A stretch of 64,000 nucleotides of DNA from Eledone cirrhosa (taxonomy: Eukaryota): NCBI GenBank assembly GCA_964016885.1, contig OZ024747.1, positions 19,406,001 through 19,470,000 of the forward strand, written 5' to 3'. A model generated the notes under the pieces. That model saw nothing but the letters and a program-made list of their open reading frames with translations, did not search any database and was not told where the DNA came from. Shown here one piece after another: positions 1-10,418 of the stretch (position 1 is its first letter; each line of letters begins with the position of its first letter). The translations under genes were made by a program, and so were the position numbers.

Positions 1-632
1 TTGTATCTGTACATGTGTATATGCAGTTATTAGATGCAAAACCTTTGGAATGTTTTACATATTTTTACTGTTCCATTAATGGATTGTACTTGTAATTTCC
101 TAACTAGTTGTGTTCTTGCTGTTCCTGTGAAGCCTAGCTTCTCAAGATTTGTATTGAGGCAGTTACTAACATATCCCAGTGCCCCAATCACAGGCATAAA
201 TCTGAAGGTGTAATCAGGGTGGAGTATCTGCAGATTTCTCATCAGTTCTGCATAAATATTCTCCTTTTCGCTAATCTTTGATATTATATTGGCATCTGCT
301 GGACAGCTAATTTCCACTACTGTGCATGCTTTATTCTCCCTGTCCCATATCATAATATCTGGTCTGTTATGCCTGCATTTTATTGGGGTTTTTACTGGAA
401 CATTCCACCAGTACTCTTTCATATTATGTACATGGATGTCTTCAACATTGCTGTAGCTTTTAATGTGTTTATTATCGGGGCTATCTTTTTTACGAACTGC
501 ATTGTACAGTGTTTTGGCCACTACATCATGCCTCATAGGTAGATAGTACCGCGATGACATCTTTGGGCAGCTGCTGATGACATGGGTGATATCCTCGATG
601 TTAGTTCTGTAGAGTCTGCACTTGTAATCACA
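1..632 (-). mobile_element. R4/Dong-like RLE non-LTR retrotransposon, family A, 5'-truncated C-terminal fragment
   Basis: Minus frame 30-632 reads CRLY..EDITHVISSC (zinc knuckle, one Cys lost), RHDVV, WWNVPV, HNRPDIMIWD, VVEISCP, EKENIY, IGALG, the restriction-like endonuclease signature. It abuts (TATG)n at 633. Confidence 0.85.
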
Positions 633-706
633 TGTATGTATGTATGTATGTATGTATGTATGTATGTATGTATGTATGTATGTATGTATGTATGTATGTA
701 TGTATG
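633..706. repeat. (TATG)n microsatellite separating stacked retrotransposon fragments (further arrays at 1090-1110, 1411-1461, 1741-1822)
   Basis: Direct reading. Confidence 0.95.
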
Positions 707-1089
707 TTTCTCTTTCTCTTTCTCTTAATTTTGAGTACATTTTTGACCGGCCACCCGGTGGCAAGGTTGTTAAAAAAAAAGAAATTGTCATCTCTTGAAT
801 CGCAAGAATCTTTTGCAAATTTTGAAGGTGCCAGCTATCGCAGCCACTTGTAGTCTATGAATTAGGGAGCTGCGTTCTTCGTCCACAAATCCAAGTTGAG
901 TTATACTTTGGTTCAAGCGGGTTGGTATATAACCTGTAGCTCTAATAATGATGGATATGAAGCTGAAGGTGTATCTTGGATACTGGATCTGCAACCTCCT
1001 CATCAATGGTCCGTAGATGTCCTCCTCTTGTATTTTTCTGACACCGTTGACATCAAGTGAACAGCTGATCTCTACAACAGAGCACGTTT
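707..1089 (-). mobile_element. R4/Dong-like RLE element, family B, 5'-truncated 3' end
   Basis: Encodes VVEISC.LDV..YGPLMRRLQIQYPRYTFSFISII..TGYIP..AIAGTFKICK, followed by a short 3'UTR. Flanked by (TATG)n on both sides. Confidence 0.85.
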
Positions 1090-1110
1090 GTATGTATGTA
1101 TGTATGTATG

Positions 1111-1410
1111 TTTTCTCTTTCTCTTAATTTCGAGTATATTTTTTTTTCACCGGCCACCTTCCTGGTGGCAAGGTTGTAAAAGAAAAGAAATTGTCATCCC
1201 TTGAATCGCAAGAATGTTTTGCATATTTTGAAGGTGCCAGCTATCGCAGCCATTTGTAGACTATGAATTAGGGAGCTGCGCTTTTTGTCCGCAAATCCAA
1301 GTTCGGTCATACTTTGGTCCAAGCGGGTTGGTATATAACCCGTAGCACCAATAATGATGGGTATGAAGCTAAAGGTGTATCTTGGATACTGGATTTGTAA
1401 GCTCCTCATC
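1111..1410 (-). mobile_element. R4/Dong-like RLE element, family B, 5'-truncated 3' end
   Basis: ORF 1194-1412 MRSLQIQYPRYTFSFIPIIIGATGYIP...KICKTFLRF. Nearly identical to 22784-23080 and flanked by (TATG)n. Confidence 0.85.
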
Positions 1411-1461
1411 ATGTATGTATGTATGTATGTATGTATGTATGTATGTATGTATGTATGTATG

Positions 1462-1740
1462 TAGAGAGTGGGACTGGCTTTGTGCAGTGCCTTTGCTCAC
1501 TATAAAAGCTTCACGGCACAGGCATTGCTTTATATCTGGAGATCTCTCTGCACTTGTCGTCACATGGTACCATGGGCCCAGCACTATGTGTCAATAATTG
1601 TCACAAGTGTAGTGTTTGTACCAGAGTTTTCAAGTCGCTGGCTAGACTAAAAAGTCACACTCGTTCAGCGCATCGATAGGGGTTCTCCTATATGGATATA
1701 AACGGTAGTGGCCGTACTCGAAAACGAGTTGGCAGCCGCC
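1462..1740 (+). mobile_element. RTE-clade LINE 3' end with C-terminal C2H2-like finger and (ATGT)n tail
   Basis: About 1601-1679 translates HKCSVCTRVFKSLARLKSHTRSAHR*. A short 3'UTR ends GGCAGCCGCC and is followed by (ATGT)n. Confidence 0.6.
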
Positions 1741-1822
1741 ATGTATGTATGTATGTATGTATGTATGTATGTATGTATGTATGTATGTATGTATGTATGT
1801 ATGTATGTATGTATGTATGTAT

Positions 1823-2065
1823 GTCAGGTGACACTTCAGCGCTACTGGTAACATGTATCATAGTACAACCTGTGCATGGTCGGTTCGTCAGCGACTACAC
1901 CGGCAACCGCACCAAGCTTGCTTAGTGAGGAGGGTGATTTTGGACTCCCTACAGGATGAAAAACAATACCCGTCAACGGGCGGAGTAACTCAGGAGAGTC
2001 AACTGCCATCCAATAAAATATATTTTCAATTCCATGCACAGTTGAATTTGTCCTATCATTATCCA
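1823..2065 (+). mobile_element. Possible LINE (RTE-like) 5'UTR fragment
   Basis: GC-richer block (GCAACCGCACCAAGCTTGCTTAGTGAGGAGGGTG...GGATGAAAAACAA...CGGGCGGAG) resembling RTE 5' leaders. Resemblance is from memory only. Confidence 0.3.
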
Positions 2066-2129
2066 TGACTTTTGGTTTTCTGTAGAAATATAAAGTAATA
2101 CTATTACTAATATTGATTTTTAATTAATG

Positions 2130-2320
2130 AACAGGATCAGAACATTTTAGGGAAGCTCAAAGTTGATTAAATATACCCCAGTACTTGATTGATAATTTAT
2201 TTTTACCGATCCCAGAAGGATGAAATGAGAAGTTGAACTCAAATGGATTTGAACACATTATATAAAGAGCCAGCTAAATTATACAATGACATTTTATCCG
2301 ATGCCCTACCAATTCACCCC
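2130..2320 (-). mobile_element. Old, diverged tRNA-derived SINE
   Basis: Degenerate reverse complement of the SINE core (ccgatcccagaaggatgaaa..gttgaactc..ggatttgaac). Confidence 0.55.
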
Positions 2321-2340
2321 CTCCACTCCCCCTCCTCCTC

Positions 2341-2406
<66 letters not shown>
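2341..2406. repeat. (CTA)n microsatellite
   Basis: Direct reading. Confidence 0.95.
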
Positions 2407-2764
2407 ATATATATATCTATCTATATCTATATGTTTCTATGAATCATTTCAGTTTTATCTAATTCTTGCTTTGTTTGTTAGACATCTGTATTATACTTAA
2501 TCATATTACTAAACATAGCTGTAGCTATATAGATTTAATATTTATCATATTTATTGCTAAATTATATTACCAACGAAAATAGTATTGTAATAAATCAAAA
2601 TCTCATTGGCTATTCAATTATATCTCTAAAACTAATATTTCCATTAAAAATCTAACATTATTCCAATACTCGTAGCGTTTTGCCTTCTAATATGTATTGT
2701 AATATTAATTTTATTTGGTCATTTGATTGTGCTTTCCTTTAACCTCTGGGATATACATTCATTT

Positions 2765-3030
2765 CAATCAGTTTGAAAATATTACAGGTGTTAACTTAAA
2801 TGATCCAAGAGAAATGAAAATATATCGAACGAAGTTATTATGAAATTTGAATTAGAAAATTGTTAATATTATATAATTCAAAATAGTTACAATGCTCAGT
2901 AAATTTCGAGCCTTTTGTTTCAATCGACCTAAAGATATTACAGGTGTTATCTTAAACGATCTAAGAGAAAAGAAAATATATCGGATGAAGTTCTGATGAA
3001 GTTTGAAATAAAAAATTGTCAATATAATAT
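2765..3030 (+). repeat. Diverged direct duplication, period about 156 bp
   Basis: atattacaggtgtta(a/t)cttaaa(t/c)gatc..aagagaaa..aaaatatatcg occurs at about 2779 and 2935. Confidence 0.7.
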
Positions 3031-3039
3031 AGTTAAAAA

Positions 3040-3233
3040 GGGTGGTGGATTGGCAGTATCGGTAGAGGGTCGGACGCTATGCTTTGCAGCAAAGAGTTAC
3101 GGCCTTTTACGGTCTGAGTTCAAATCCCGCCGGGGTTAACTTTGCATTTCATCCTTACAGCGTCGATAAAATAAAGTACCAATAATACACTGGGATAATT
3201 GCTGGCCTTGTGCCAACAAGTAGAAACAATTAT
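3040..3233 (+). mobile_element. tRNA-derived SINE, family S1
   Basis: A box TGGCAGTATCGG, B box GTTCAAATCC, core CTTTGC(C)TTTCATCCTTAC(G)GGGTCGATAAAATAAAGTACCAG, tail GCTGGCCTTGTGCCAA..GTAGAAACAATT. At least 9 copies in the window. Confidence 0.9.
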
Positions 3234-3616
3234 AACGCTCAATTATAACGTTAAATTAATAGTTAGCCATTTTAAGTCAAGCCGCTTGAAGTGTATAAGC
3301 GTCATTTAAAATGTCTTACGGGATTGAAGCATATTCATTGCTTTAATTTGCTGGCTATCAGGTAACAATCATTATTGACTGTATAATCCAATATTCATAG
3401 AATTGAATTGATGGATATTGACGGAATTACAACTTTTGAAATTTACAACTTTTGAAATTTACAACGTTTGAAATTTAGAAGTTGAGGAACCTAAAACCTA
3501 CCTGTTTCTTCCAATTGCAACAACATCGACTAATTCATGTAGCTCACTGCACCCACACAAACACAGACACAGACACAGACATATATATATATATATGTAT
3601 AGATATGTGTGAGTAA

Positions 3617-3678
<62 letters not shown>

Positions 3679-3681
<3 letters not shown>

Positions 3682-3861
3682 AAAGGTAAACAGAAATAAC
3701 AACAAAATCGGTACAGTATATGGAAGGGATATATTAGATTAACGCTTGATATAGCAGGAAGGGGCTCTTAACGTTTCGGACGGTAGTCCTTCATCAGAAG
3801 AAAGAATGAGAAGCAAATTAGATTGAGGGTTGGAATTGGAAAAATGTCTTTAGACAGGTCC
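3679..3861 (-). mobile_element. PLE-derived non-autonomous element, family B (HHR + tail), next to (TA)n
   Basis: Carries the HHR listed below. Its tail (..GTTATTTCTGTTTACCTTTTAC) recurs at 25327-25418, 40948-41025, 55510-55772 and 56280-56562. Confidence 0.75.
3765..3802 (-). ncRNA. Minimal type I hammerhead ribozyme motif
   Basis: Minus strand reads TTCTT-CTGATGA-A-GGAC TACC GTCC-GAAACGT-T-AAGAG: intact core, 4-bp stem II, palindromic ACGT stem III, 5-bp stem I. Confidence 0.8.
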
Positions 3862-3873
3862 GTGTGTGTGTGT

Positions 3874-4070
3874 GAAGGCGCATGGCTTAGTGGTTAGAGC
3901 ATTGGGCTTGCAAAATCGAAAGGTTGTGAGTTCGATTCTCGGACCAGGTGATGCGTTGTGTCCTTGACACATACTCTTTTTTCACGTTGCTCCAGTTCAC
4001 TTAGCTATGAGTTGCGACGTCATTAGTGCCAATCTGTATCGGCCATAGCCGAGAGGGGGCTGGTATGCAT
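3874..4070 (+). mobile_element. tRNA-derived SINE, family S2
   Basis: A box TGGCTTAGTGG, B box GTTCGATTC, then TTGTGTCCTTGA...CACGTTGCTCCAG. Related copies at 18687-18825, 52070-52300 and 54803-54926(-). Confidence 0.8.
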
Positions 4071-4081
4071 GTTTTGTTTCT

Positions 4082-4459
4082 CATGAACGACGCCACATCT
4101 TTTTAACTTTGATTTTTGAAAGTAAGTTTATAATTATTAATTTTCATTTCGCGTACGTAGCTGTCTCGGCGGCCTAGTTGGAGGAATCATAGTTGATGGT
4201 GGTCCTGGTCTGAAGTTAGATCCTTGTCGGGAGTAGGGTTCCCGGTAAATCTTTTCAGTTTTTTTCTATGGGATGTAAAATAAAAACTGAAAAAAGATTA
4301 ATGTACCTCTAGACCAGGATTGAACCCAAGATCATGATCACCACCGTCTCTAGTATCTACCACTAGGCTACTGAGACAGCCACGAAAACTTACTCAACAT
4401 TCATACTTATAAACCTATTTTCAAAGTTTTCAATACAAAATTAAGTGGTGTCGTTCATG
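4082..4459. mobile_element. About 380-bp imperfect palindrome (foldback/MITE-like) with two convergent tRNA-like heads, copy 1
   Basis: Arms CATGAACGACGCCAC/GTGGTGTCGTTCATG and AGCTGTCTCGGCGGCCTAGT/ACTAGGCTACTGAGACAGC. Confidence 0.75.
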
Positions 4460-4709
4460 TCTTTCTTAATTTTATTGCTTCTACTTAAGGTCGACTTCTA
4501 AATCATTTGGGTGTTCCACAAACTACATCCTCGTTTTGTTTCACATCGATCTAAACTATATTTTAACCTGTAATCTCACGTCATTCCCCCCCTCTCTCTC
4601 TCTCTCTCTTTCTCTCTGTAATATTTGAATCTATTATGATTTTGGTGTAACTTTTTCATATATTTATATATATTTTGCATGTCAGTTAGATTGAAACTTA
4701 CAATGATTT

Positions 4710-4756
<47 letters not shown>

Positions 4757-4891
4757 ATTATTTGTTTGTATTTGTTTGTTAAAATAATTAAATTAAATTA
4801 ATTCAACAGTTAAACACACATTAAGGTTGTTACCAAAGAGCCAGAAGATTGACAAGTCGACCCTAAATATGACTAATAGCTCTAGGAAAGC

Positions 4892-5254
4892 CATGAACGA
4901 TACCCACACCTTTTAAACTTTGATTTTGAAAGTAGGTTTATAATTATTAATTTCCATTCTTCTTTTGTAGCTGTCTCGGTGGCCTAGTTGGAGGAATCAT
5001 GGGCGGTGGGCATCCTGGTCTGAAGTTCGTTCCTGGTCGAGAGTAGGTTACCCTTTTTAGTTTTTTATATGTAAAATAAAAACTGAAAAAAGATTACATA
5101 TACCCTTGTCCAGGATTGAACCCAAGACCAGGATCGCCACCGTCTCTAATACTTTCTGCTAAGCAACCGAGACAGCTACGTAAACCTAATGAAAATTCAT
5201 ACTTATAAACCTACTTTCAACATTTTCAATATAAAAATATATTGCGTCGTTCAT
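4892..5254. mobile_element. Palindromic element with convergent tRNA-like heads, copy 2
   Basis: Direct repeat of 4082-4459, with shared downstream flank (ATTTGGGTGTTCC). Confidence 0.75.
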
Positions 5255-5395
5255 ATCTTTCTTAAGGTAGACTGCTAAACTATTTGGGTGTTCCTCATCT
5301 ATCTAGACCAGGCATGTCAAATATGTGGGCCTTTGCAAACATACCCGCGACCCGCACAAAGGTTTTTACAGCGCGAGCATGTTTTATCTTCGTAA

Positions 5396-6404
5396 TCTAT
5401 ATATATAAAACTGTGGTTGTCTGTCTGTCTATCGATTTTTGGCACACATCTACTCTTAGAATCTCTCACGGAATTGCACCGAAATTGCTATACTTGTACA
5501 TTGAGCCCTAGCGAAGACATCGGAAAAAAAAAATTTCAAATTGACCCGCCCTATGTGAGGAAATCGAATATAATGTATCGATTTTTGAGCGTAAGTGATC
5601 AGTTATTTCCCTTTGTTCTGTTTACATTGAGCGTCTTACGTAAAAAATTACGCTGGCTTTCTCAGCGTTTAAAATGACATTAACAGTTGTCGAGCCAGCA
5701 AAATATTGACCTGCAAAATTCATCAGTTCGAACACTAAGCTTCCGTTTTGCTTCATTTCCATTTAAAAGCATTTTAAAACAATATTTTTACTTGAAAACA
5801 AGTCTATTTAAAGACTACGTAAAACAAGCAAATATTTCGTCGTTAGGCGTGCAGACAGACAGTCGTGCAGACAGACAGTCGTGCAGAGAGGTGATATACG
5901 CGTGCAGACAGACAGTCGTGCAGAGAGGTGATATAGGCGTGCAGACAGACAGTCGTGCAGAGAGGTGATATAGGCGTGCAGGCAGACAGTCGTGCAGAGA
6001 GGTGATATAGGCGTGCAGACAGACAGTCGTGCAGAGAGGTGATATAGGCGTGCAGACAGACAGTCGTGCAGAGAGGTGATATAGGCGTGCAGACAGACAT
6101 AACTGATAATTTGGTTACGCTAATGTTTTTCTCTGCGTTGCAGTGTTTACATTTTCGATCTTTGTTAATAAATAACCAGTGCAGTTTCTATCCCCAGCAT
6201 CCTCTTTTGTTATAACATTCGGGTTATCGTTATGTTTTCTTAACTTCATAAGGCATATTGTTGGTTGAGGGAATATTAATCAAAAACACCACATGCAAGT
6301 CTGCACAGTAGAGACTACAGTTTTTAAGCCAAGAAAGAAACTTAACAGTGTAACTTTAACACAGCTACTGAGCGACCCCGAGCAACGCCGGGCTTTACTG
6401 CTAG
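5396..6404 (+). mobile_element. Non-autonomous Helitron nested in the hAT element
   Basis: Starts TCTATATATATAAAA after A and ends CCCGAGCAACGCCGGG..CTAG before T. A short (TCTG)n lies near the 5' end. No TSD. Confidence 0.8.
5847..6098 (+). repeat. 37-bp minisatellite (GTGCAGAGAGGTGATATAGGCGTGCAGACAGACAGTC), about 6 copies, inside the Helitron
   Basis: Direct reading; units start at 5881, 5918, etc. Confidence 0.95.
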
Positions 6405-6547
6405 TATAAAATAAAAAAATTCGATACGAGTGTTTTTTTTGTGCAATTTTTGTTAACTACTTTTAACTTCCGACAAATCACGCGCAGCTCATTAACCGTT
6501 GTAAACAGAAAACTTTCTTTCAAAATTTCAAGTGATTTCTTTTAAAA

Positions 6548-8184
6548 TGGCTAGTGCTCCTCCAGCTAAGAGAAACATTAACGTGAACGAAGAAGGGCGA
6601 GTGTTTCAAGAAAAGTGCACAACGGTGAACGGAAAGATACACTGTTTAATTTTCGACAACTGCATCGCCACACCAAAAAAGTACAATCTGCAACGGCATT
6701 ATGAAACGAACCATCGATCTTACGATAAATATGAAGGCCCAATGCGTGTTTCAAGGAATTGAAGGCTAACTTGACACAGAAACAGACCTGTTTTATGTAA
6801 ATTCAGGAAGAGAATGTCGCTTTCGTTACAGTAAGCTATGAACTCACTCGAATGATCACCATGAGTGGGAAATCATCTTACAGTGAAGGAGATTTTGTAA
6901 AGCAATGCCTTGAAATTGTATGTCCAGAGAAAGAACAGTTATTCAAAGACATTTCATTAAACAGGAACACTTTTACTGAATAGATTGATGAAATGTCAGG
7001 TGATCTGAAACAGCAGTTTGAACATTTTTCTATTGCTATTGATGAGACCGTTGACATGACTGGGATAGCACAGATTGCATTCTTCATCAAGGCCTGTGAC
7101 AGTGAATTTAATATTTCTGAAGAAGTGATTGATACTATAATAAGCCAGGACATCCTTGAGAAAGTCGAGCAGGTTCTGCATGACTATGGTTTTGATTTGA
7201 GTAAACTTGCATGCTTATCTACTGACGGTGCTTCAAATATGTTTGGCAGACATAATGGTGTTACTGTTAAGTTAGAAGAAAAATAGAAAACTCGCATCGA
7301 GATACATCATTTGCACATTTTCACTGTAATATTCATCAGCAAAATTTGTGTTGAAAGATTTTAAAATTGCATCATCTGCTTAGCTTGGTCACAAAGACAG
7401 TGAACTATATCAGAGGCCGTGCTCTCAACCGCCGCTAGTTCAGCCAAGTGTTGGAAGATATGAATTATCAGTTCACCGATGTTCCATTCTACACAAAAGT
7501 CTGCAGGTTGTCATGTCACAAAGTGCTGAAAAGATTCTATTTGTTGAGACAAGAAATAATTTTGTTTTTGGAGATGAAAGGTAAAAAACAGATGAAATAA
7601 AAGATGAAAGTTGGCTTTAGACTGTGGATATTACTGCACAATTAACTGATCTTAATTTGAAATTACAAGGTAAAAAGAAACTCATCACTCAGTTGTATGA
7701 TGACATCGAGTGCTTCATTAAAAAATTAAGTTTATGGAAGTCACAGTTGTCAAATGAAAATTTAGTTCAAAGAGCTGAAAAACACTGCCAATACTGATTC
7801 TGTACTTATCTTTGCTAAGTATAACAATCACCTGGAAAATATTTTGTGATTTCTCATCTTTTGAACATCAGTTTGCATTATTCTCAGCACTATTCACCTT
7901 AGATGTTGCTAAGGCAGAAGAAATCCTGCAGATGGAACTATTGGAAATGCAGTCAGATTCTACACTCAGAACAAAGTATCTTGAAGTGGGGGATACCTGG
8001 TTTCTTTTCATACCTTTCTGAAAAGTTAAAAATCTTTAGAACTTCTCAGAGAACAAGGCTGGCTGATCAACACTTGTCATCTCTGATCAAAGTCGGAACT
8101 GTACAGACATTTCAGCCAGACATACCAAAAATTGTCAACAAAAAGAGGTGTCAACCCTCAGGACAAAACACTAAAAATGGTTGA
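6548..8184 (+). pseudogene. Disrupted hAT transposase (GTF2IRD2/EPM2AIP1/SPIN-like family)
   Basis: Fragments GRVFQEK..CLI..KKYNLQRHYETNH, FSIAIDETVDMTGIAQ, CLSTDGASNMFG, HCNIHQQNLC, LQMELLEMQSD, RTRLADQHLSSL. Many stops and frameshifts. Confidence 0.9.
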
Positions 8185-8633
8185 ATAGTAGCAAATAAAT
8201 GTTCAGTTTTGAACTGTTGTAATTTTTGTACAATGTATTTGTTGCTGTTGCAAGCTGCAAGTATATGTTGCTATTTAAAACTTTGTTTTTTTGTCAAACC
8301 ACTTCATTACTTTGTATGTACAAAGTAATGAAGTGGTTTGCTAAAACATTTGTATGCTAAAACATTTGTATGTACATTGTATGTTTCTAAATTTAAGTAA
8401 CACATTTTTCTGCAATAAATTTTATTAAATTACTTTAATTAGTTGTAATGTGCACAATTAGTTGTCGTGTGCGACCCTCAGACAACACATATGTGACACA
8501 TGCGGCCCTTGGGAGATCCTCACTTTGACATGCCTGACATAAAGGATGATATCTGAGGATATGGAGATGGCAATGATCTGCTGATGGTAAATTTCTCATG
8601 TATATTTTGACAGTGAATATCGTGATGACAATG

Positions 8634-8648
8634 TGGATGATGATGATA

Positions 8649-8718
<70 letters not shown>

Positions 8719-8792
8719 CGACGACGATGACGACGACGACGATCGCGTGATGGAGGTGATGGTGCTGGTCTTGGTGATGATACTGGTGATGA
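8634..8792. repeat. (GAT)n/(GAC)n trinucleotide repeat
   Basis: Direct reading. Confidence 0.9.
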
Positions 8793-9090
8793 TATTAGGT
8801 TGCGAGAATATATTAACATTTGCTGAGAGTTTCATAAAGTCAATTCCCACACGTAATTACATAACGCAGCAAAGAATGTAGATGAATCATTTTCAGTAAA
8901 CCTCTAAACCCATGTATGTGCCAACAACCTGGTCTATATTGACGTCGAAGCAATTTGAATGTTTGCATCAGTGTTTATTCCTTTTAATATGCGTTGATGT
9001 AGCAGTTTCTTTGTTATTATTATTAATGGCATTTTCGATGTTGGTGTCATTTCCTATGGAGTTGAAGGTTAGTACGTGTGTGGGTGAAAG

Positions 9091-9091
<1 letters not shown>

Positions 9092-9183
<92 letters not shown>

Positions 9184-9428
9184 CTGTGTGCGTGTGTGTT
9201 AGTATAATGACATAGATATGTCATTTCCTTTCCCCAGTATTGATACCAACAAAACTCATTGCCTACACACATGCTCATACACTATATCAAAGAGTAGTAC
9301 ACAAACACACACACAAAAACACACACAAACACACACTCTCACTCATACACACAAACATATATATATATATATAAATTATACATATGCACATATAGATATG
9401 TATATATACATAATACTTACATACATAC

Positions 9429-9475
<47 letters not shown>

Positions 9476-9633
9476 TTATATATATATATGTAATGTATGT
9501 ATATATATAATATATATATATATATAATATATATATATATATATAATATATATATATATATAATATATATATATATATAATATATATATATATATGTAAT
9601 GTATGTATATATGTAATATATATATATATATAT

Positions 9634-9686
<53 letters not shown>

Positions 9687-9710
9687 ATGTATGTATATAT
9701 ATATATAATG

Positions 9711-9746
<36 letters not shown>

Positions 9747-9753
9747 ATGTATG

Positions 9754-9802
<49 letters not shown>
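9092..9802. repeat. Compound (TA)n/(GA)n/(CA)n microsatellite field
   Basis: Direct reading. Confidence 0.9.
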
Positions 9803-9803
<1 letters not shown>

Positions 9804-10042
9804 TGTCATTACTACAAGAGAGGCTCGACGAGCTTTTGATTCCAGGGTCGGGCCAGATCGAACCTTGAGCTGATCAATAGCGAAACGTGCTTCACCAATC
9901 GATAAACGTAATGAATGCTTAACAAATCGTCCTTGTATTATAATAGTACACTCTTTCTAGCTCTACACCTCGCCACTAACGTGGACCTAAACATCGAGTG
10001 CTCACCCGGGTGAACCTACAGTAACTCCGCATTACACTCCCT

Positions 10043-10045
<3 letters not shown>
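9803..10045 (+). mobile_element. PLE-like short element with degenerate HHR (long stem II), between (TA)n arrays
   Basis: CTCGACGA-GCTTTTGATT...GATCAATAGC-GAAACGT. A related minus-strand copy lies at about 52890-52950. Confidence 0.45.
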
Positions 10046-10077
<32 letters not shown>

Positions 10078-10082
<5 letters not shown>

Positions 10083-10174
10083 AAGGAATTGTGGTAAGCA
10101 ACCAGATGGACCATAACGCACCAGAAATAGCCGTCGAAACGGCTTGAGCTCTACCGTCGGGGTCATACTTTTTC
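10078..10174 (-). mobile_element. Family A hairpin mini-element (internally deleted)
   Basis: Family A tail (CAAAGGAATTGTGG..GGACCATAACGCACC) joined directly to GCCGTCGAAACGGCTTGAGCTC..CGGGGTC, in (TA)n. Confidence 0.75.
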
Positions 10175-10192
10175 ATATATATATATATATAT

Positions 10193-10368
10193 AACGAAGG
10201 AAATGTGGACCATAACGCACCAAAGTACTCAATACTTGAGGTAGTAGAGTGGGTAATAGGAACCAGTAAGACCCCGACAGCTGAGCTCAAGCCGTTTCGA
10301 CGGCTAATTCTGGACTCAGAATTAGCCGTCGAAACGGCTTGAGCTCAGCTGTCGGGGTCTTACTGGTT

Positions 10369-10370
<2 letters not shown>
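10193..10370 (-). mobile_element. Family A hairpin mini-element
   Basis: Tail plus a roughly 55-bp perfect inverted repeat around TCTG-GACT-CAGA, flanked by (TA)n. Confidence 0.8.

Positions 10371-10417
<47 letters not shown>

Positions 10418-10418
<1 letters not shown>

Larger units (their letters stand above)
5309..8536 (+). mobile_element. hAT (Charlie/Buster group) DNA transposon, full-length but decayed
   Basis: 13-bp TIRs CAGGCATGTCAAA (5309) / TTTGACATGCCTG (8524-8536). The left flank ATCTAGAC fits the NTCTAGAN Charlie target; the right flank is diverged. Internal transposase fragments are present. Confidence 0.9.

Noticed and set aside
30-818. 262-aa ORF as a single gene
   Set aside because: It is a chance fusion of a family B 3' region, a (CATA)n read-through and the family A C-terminus.
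633-1822. CRISPR-like alternation of repeats and unique segments
   Set aside because: The repeats are variable-length microsatellites, the spacers are LINE fragments of 280-380 bp, and the DNA is eukaryotic with no cas genes.
3874-3950. tRNA gene
   Set aside because: The A/B boxes continue into a multi-copy SINE body, with no clean acceptor stem or terminator.
8520-8881. Poly-His/poly-Asp/poly-Ser ORFs (similar ones at 16488-16794)
   Set aside because: They are translations of (GAT)n repeats with no supporting gene structure.
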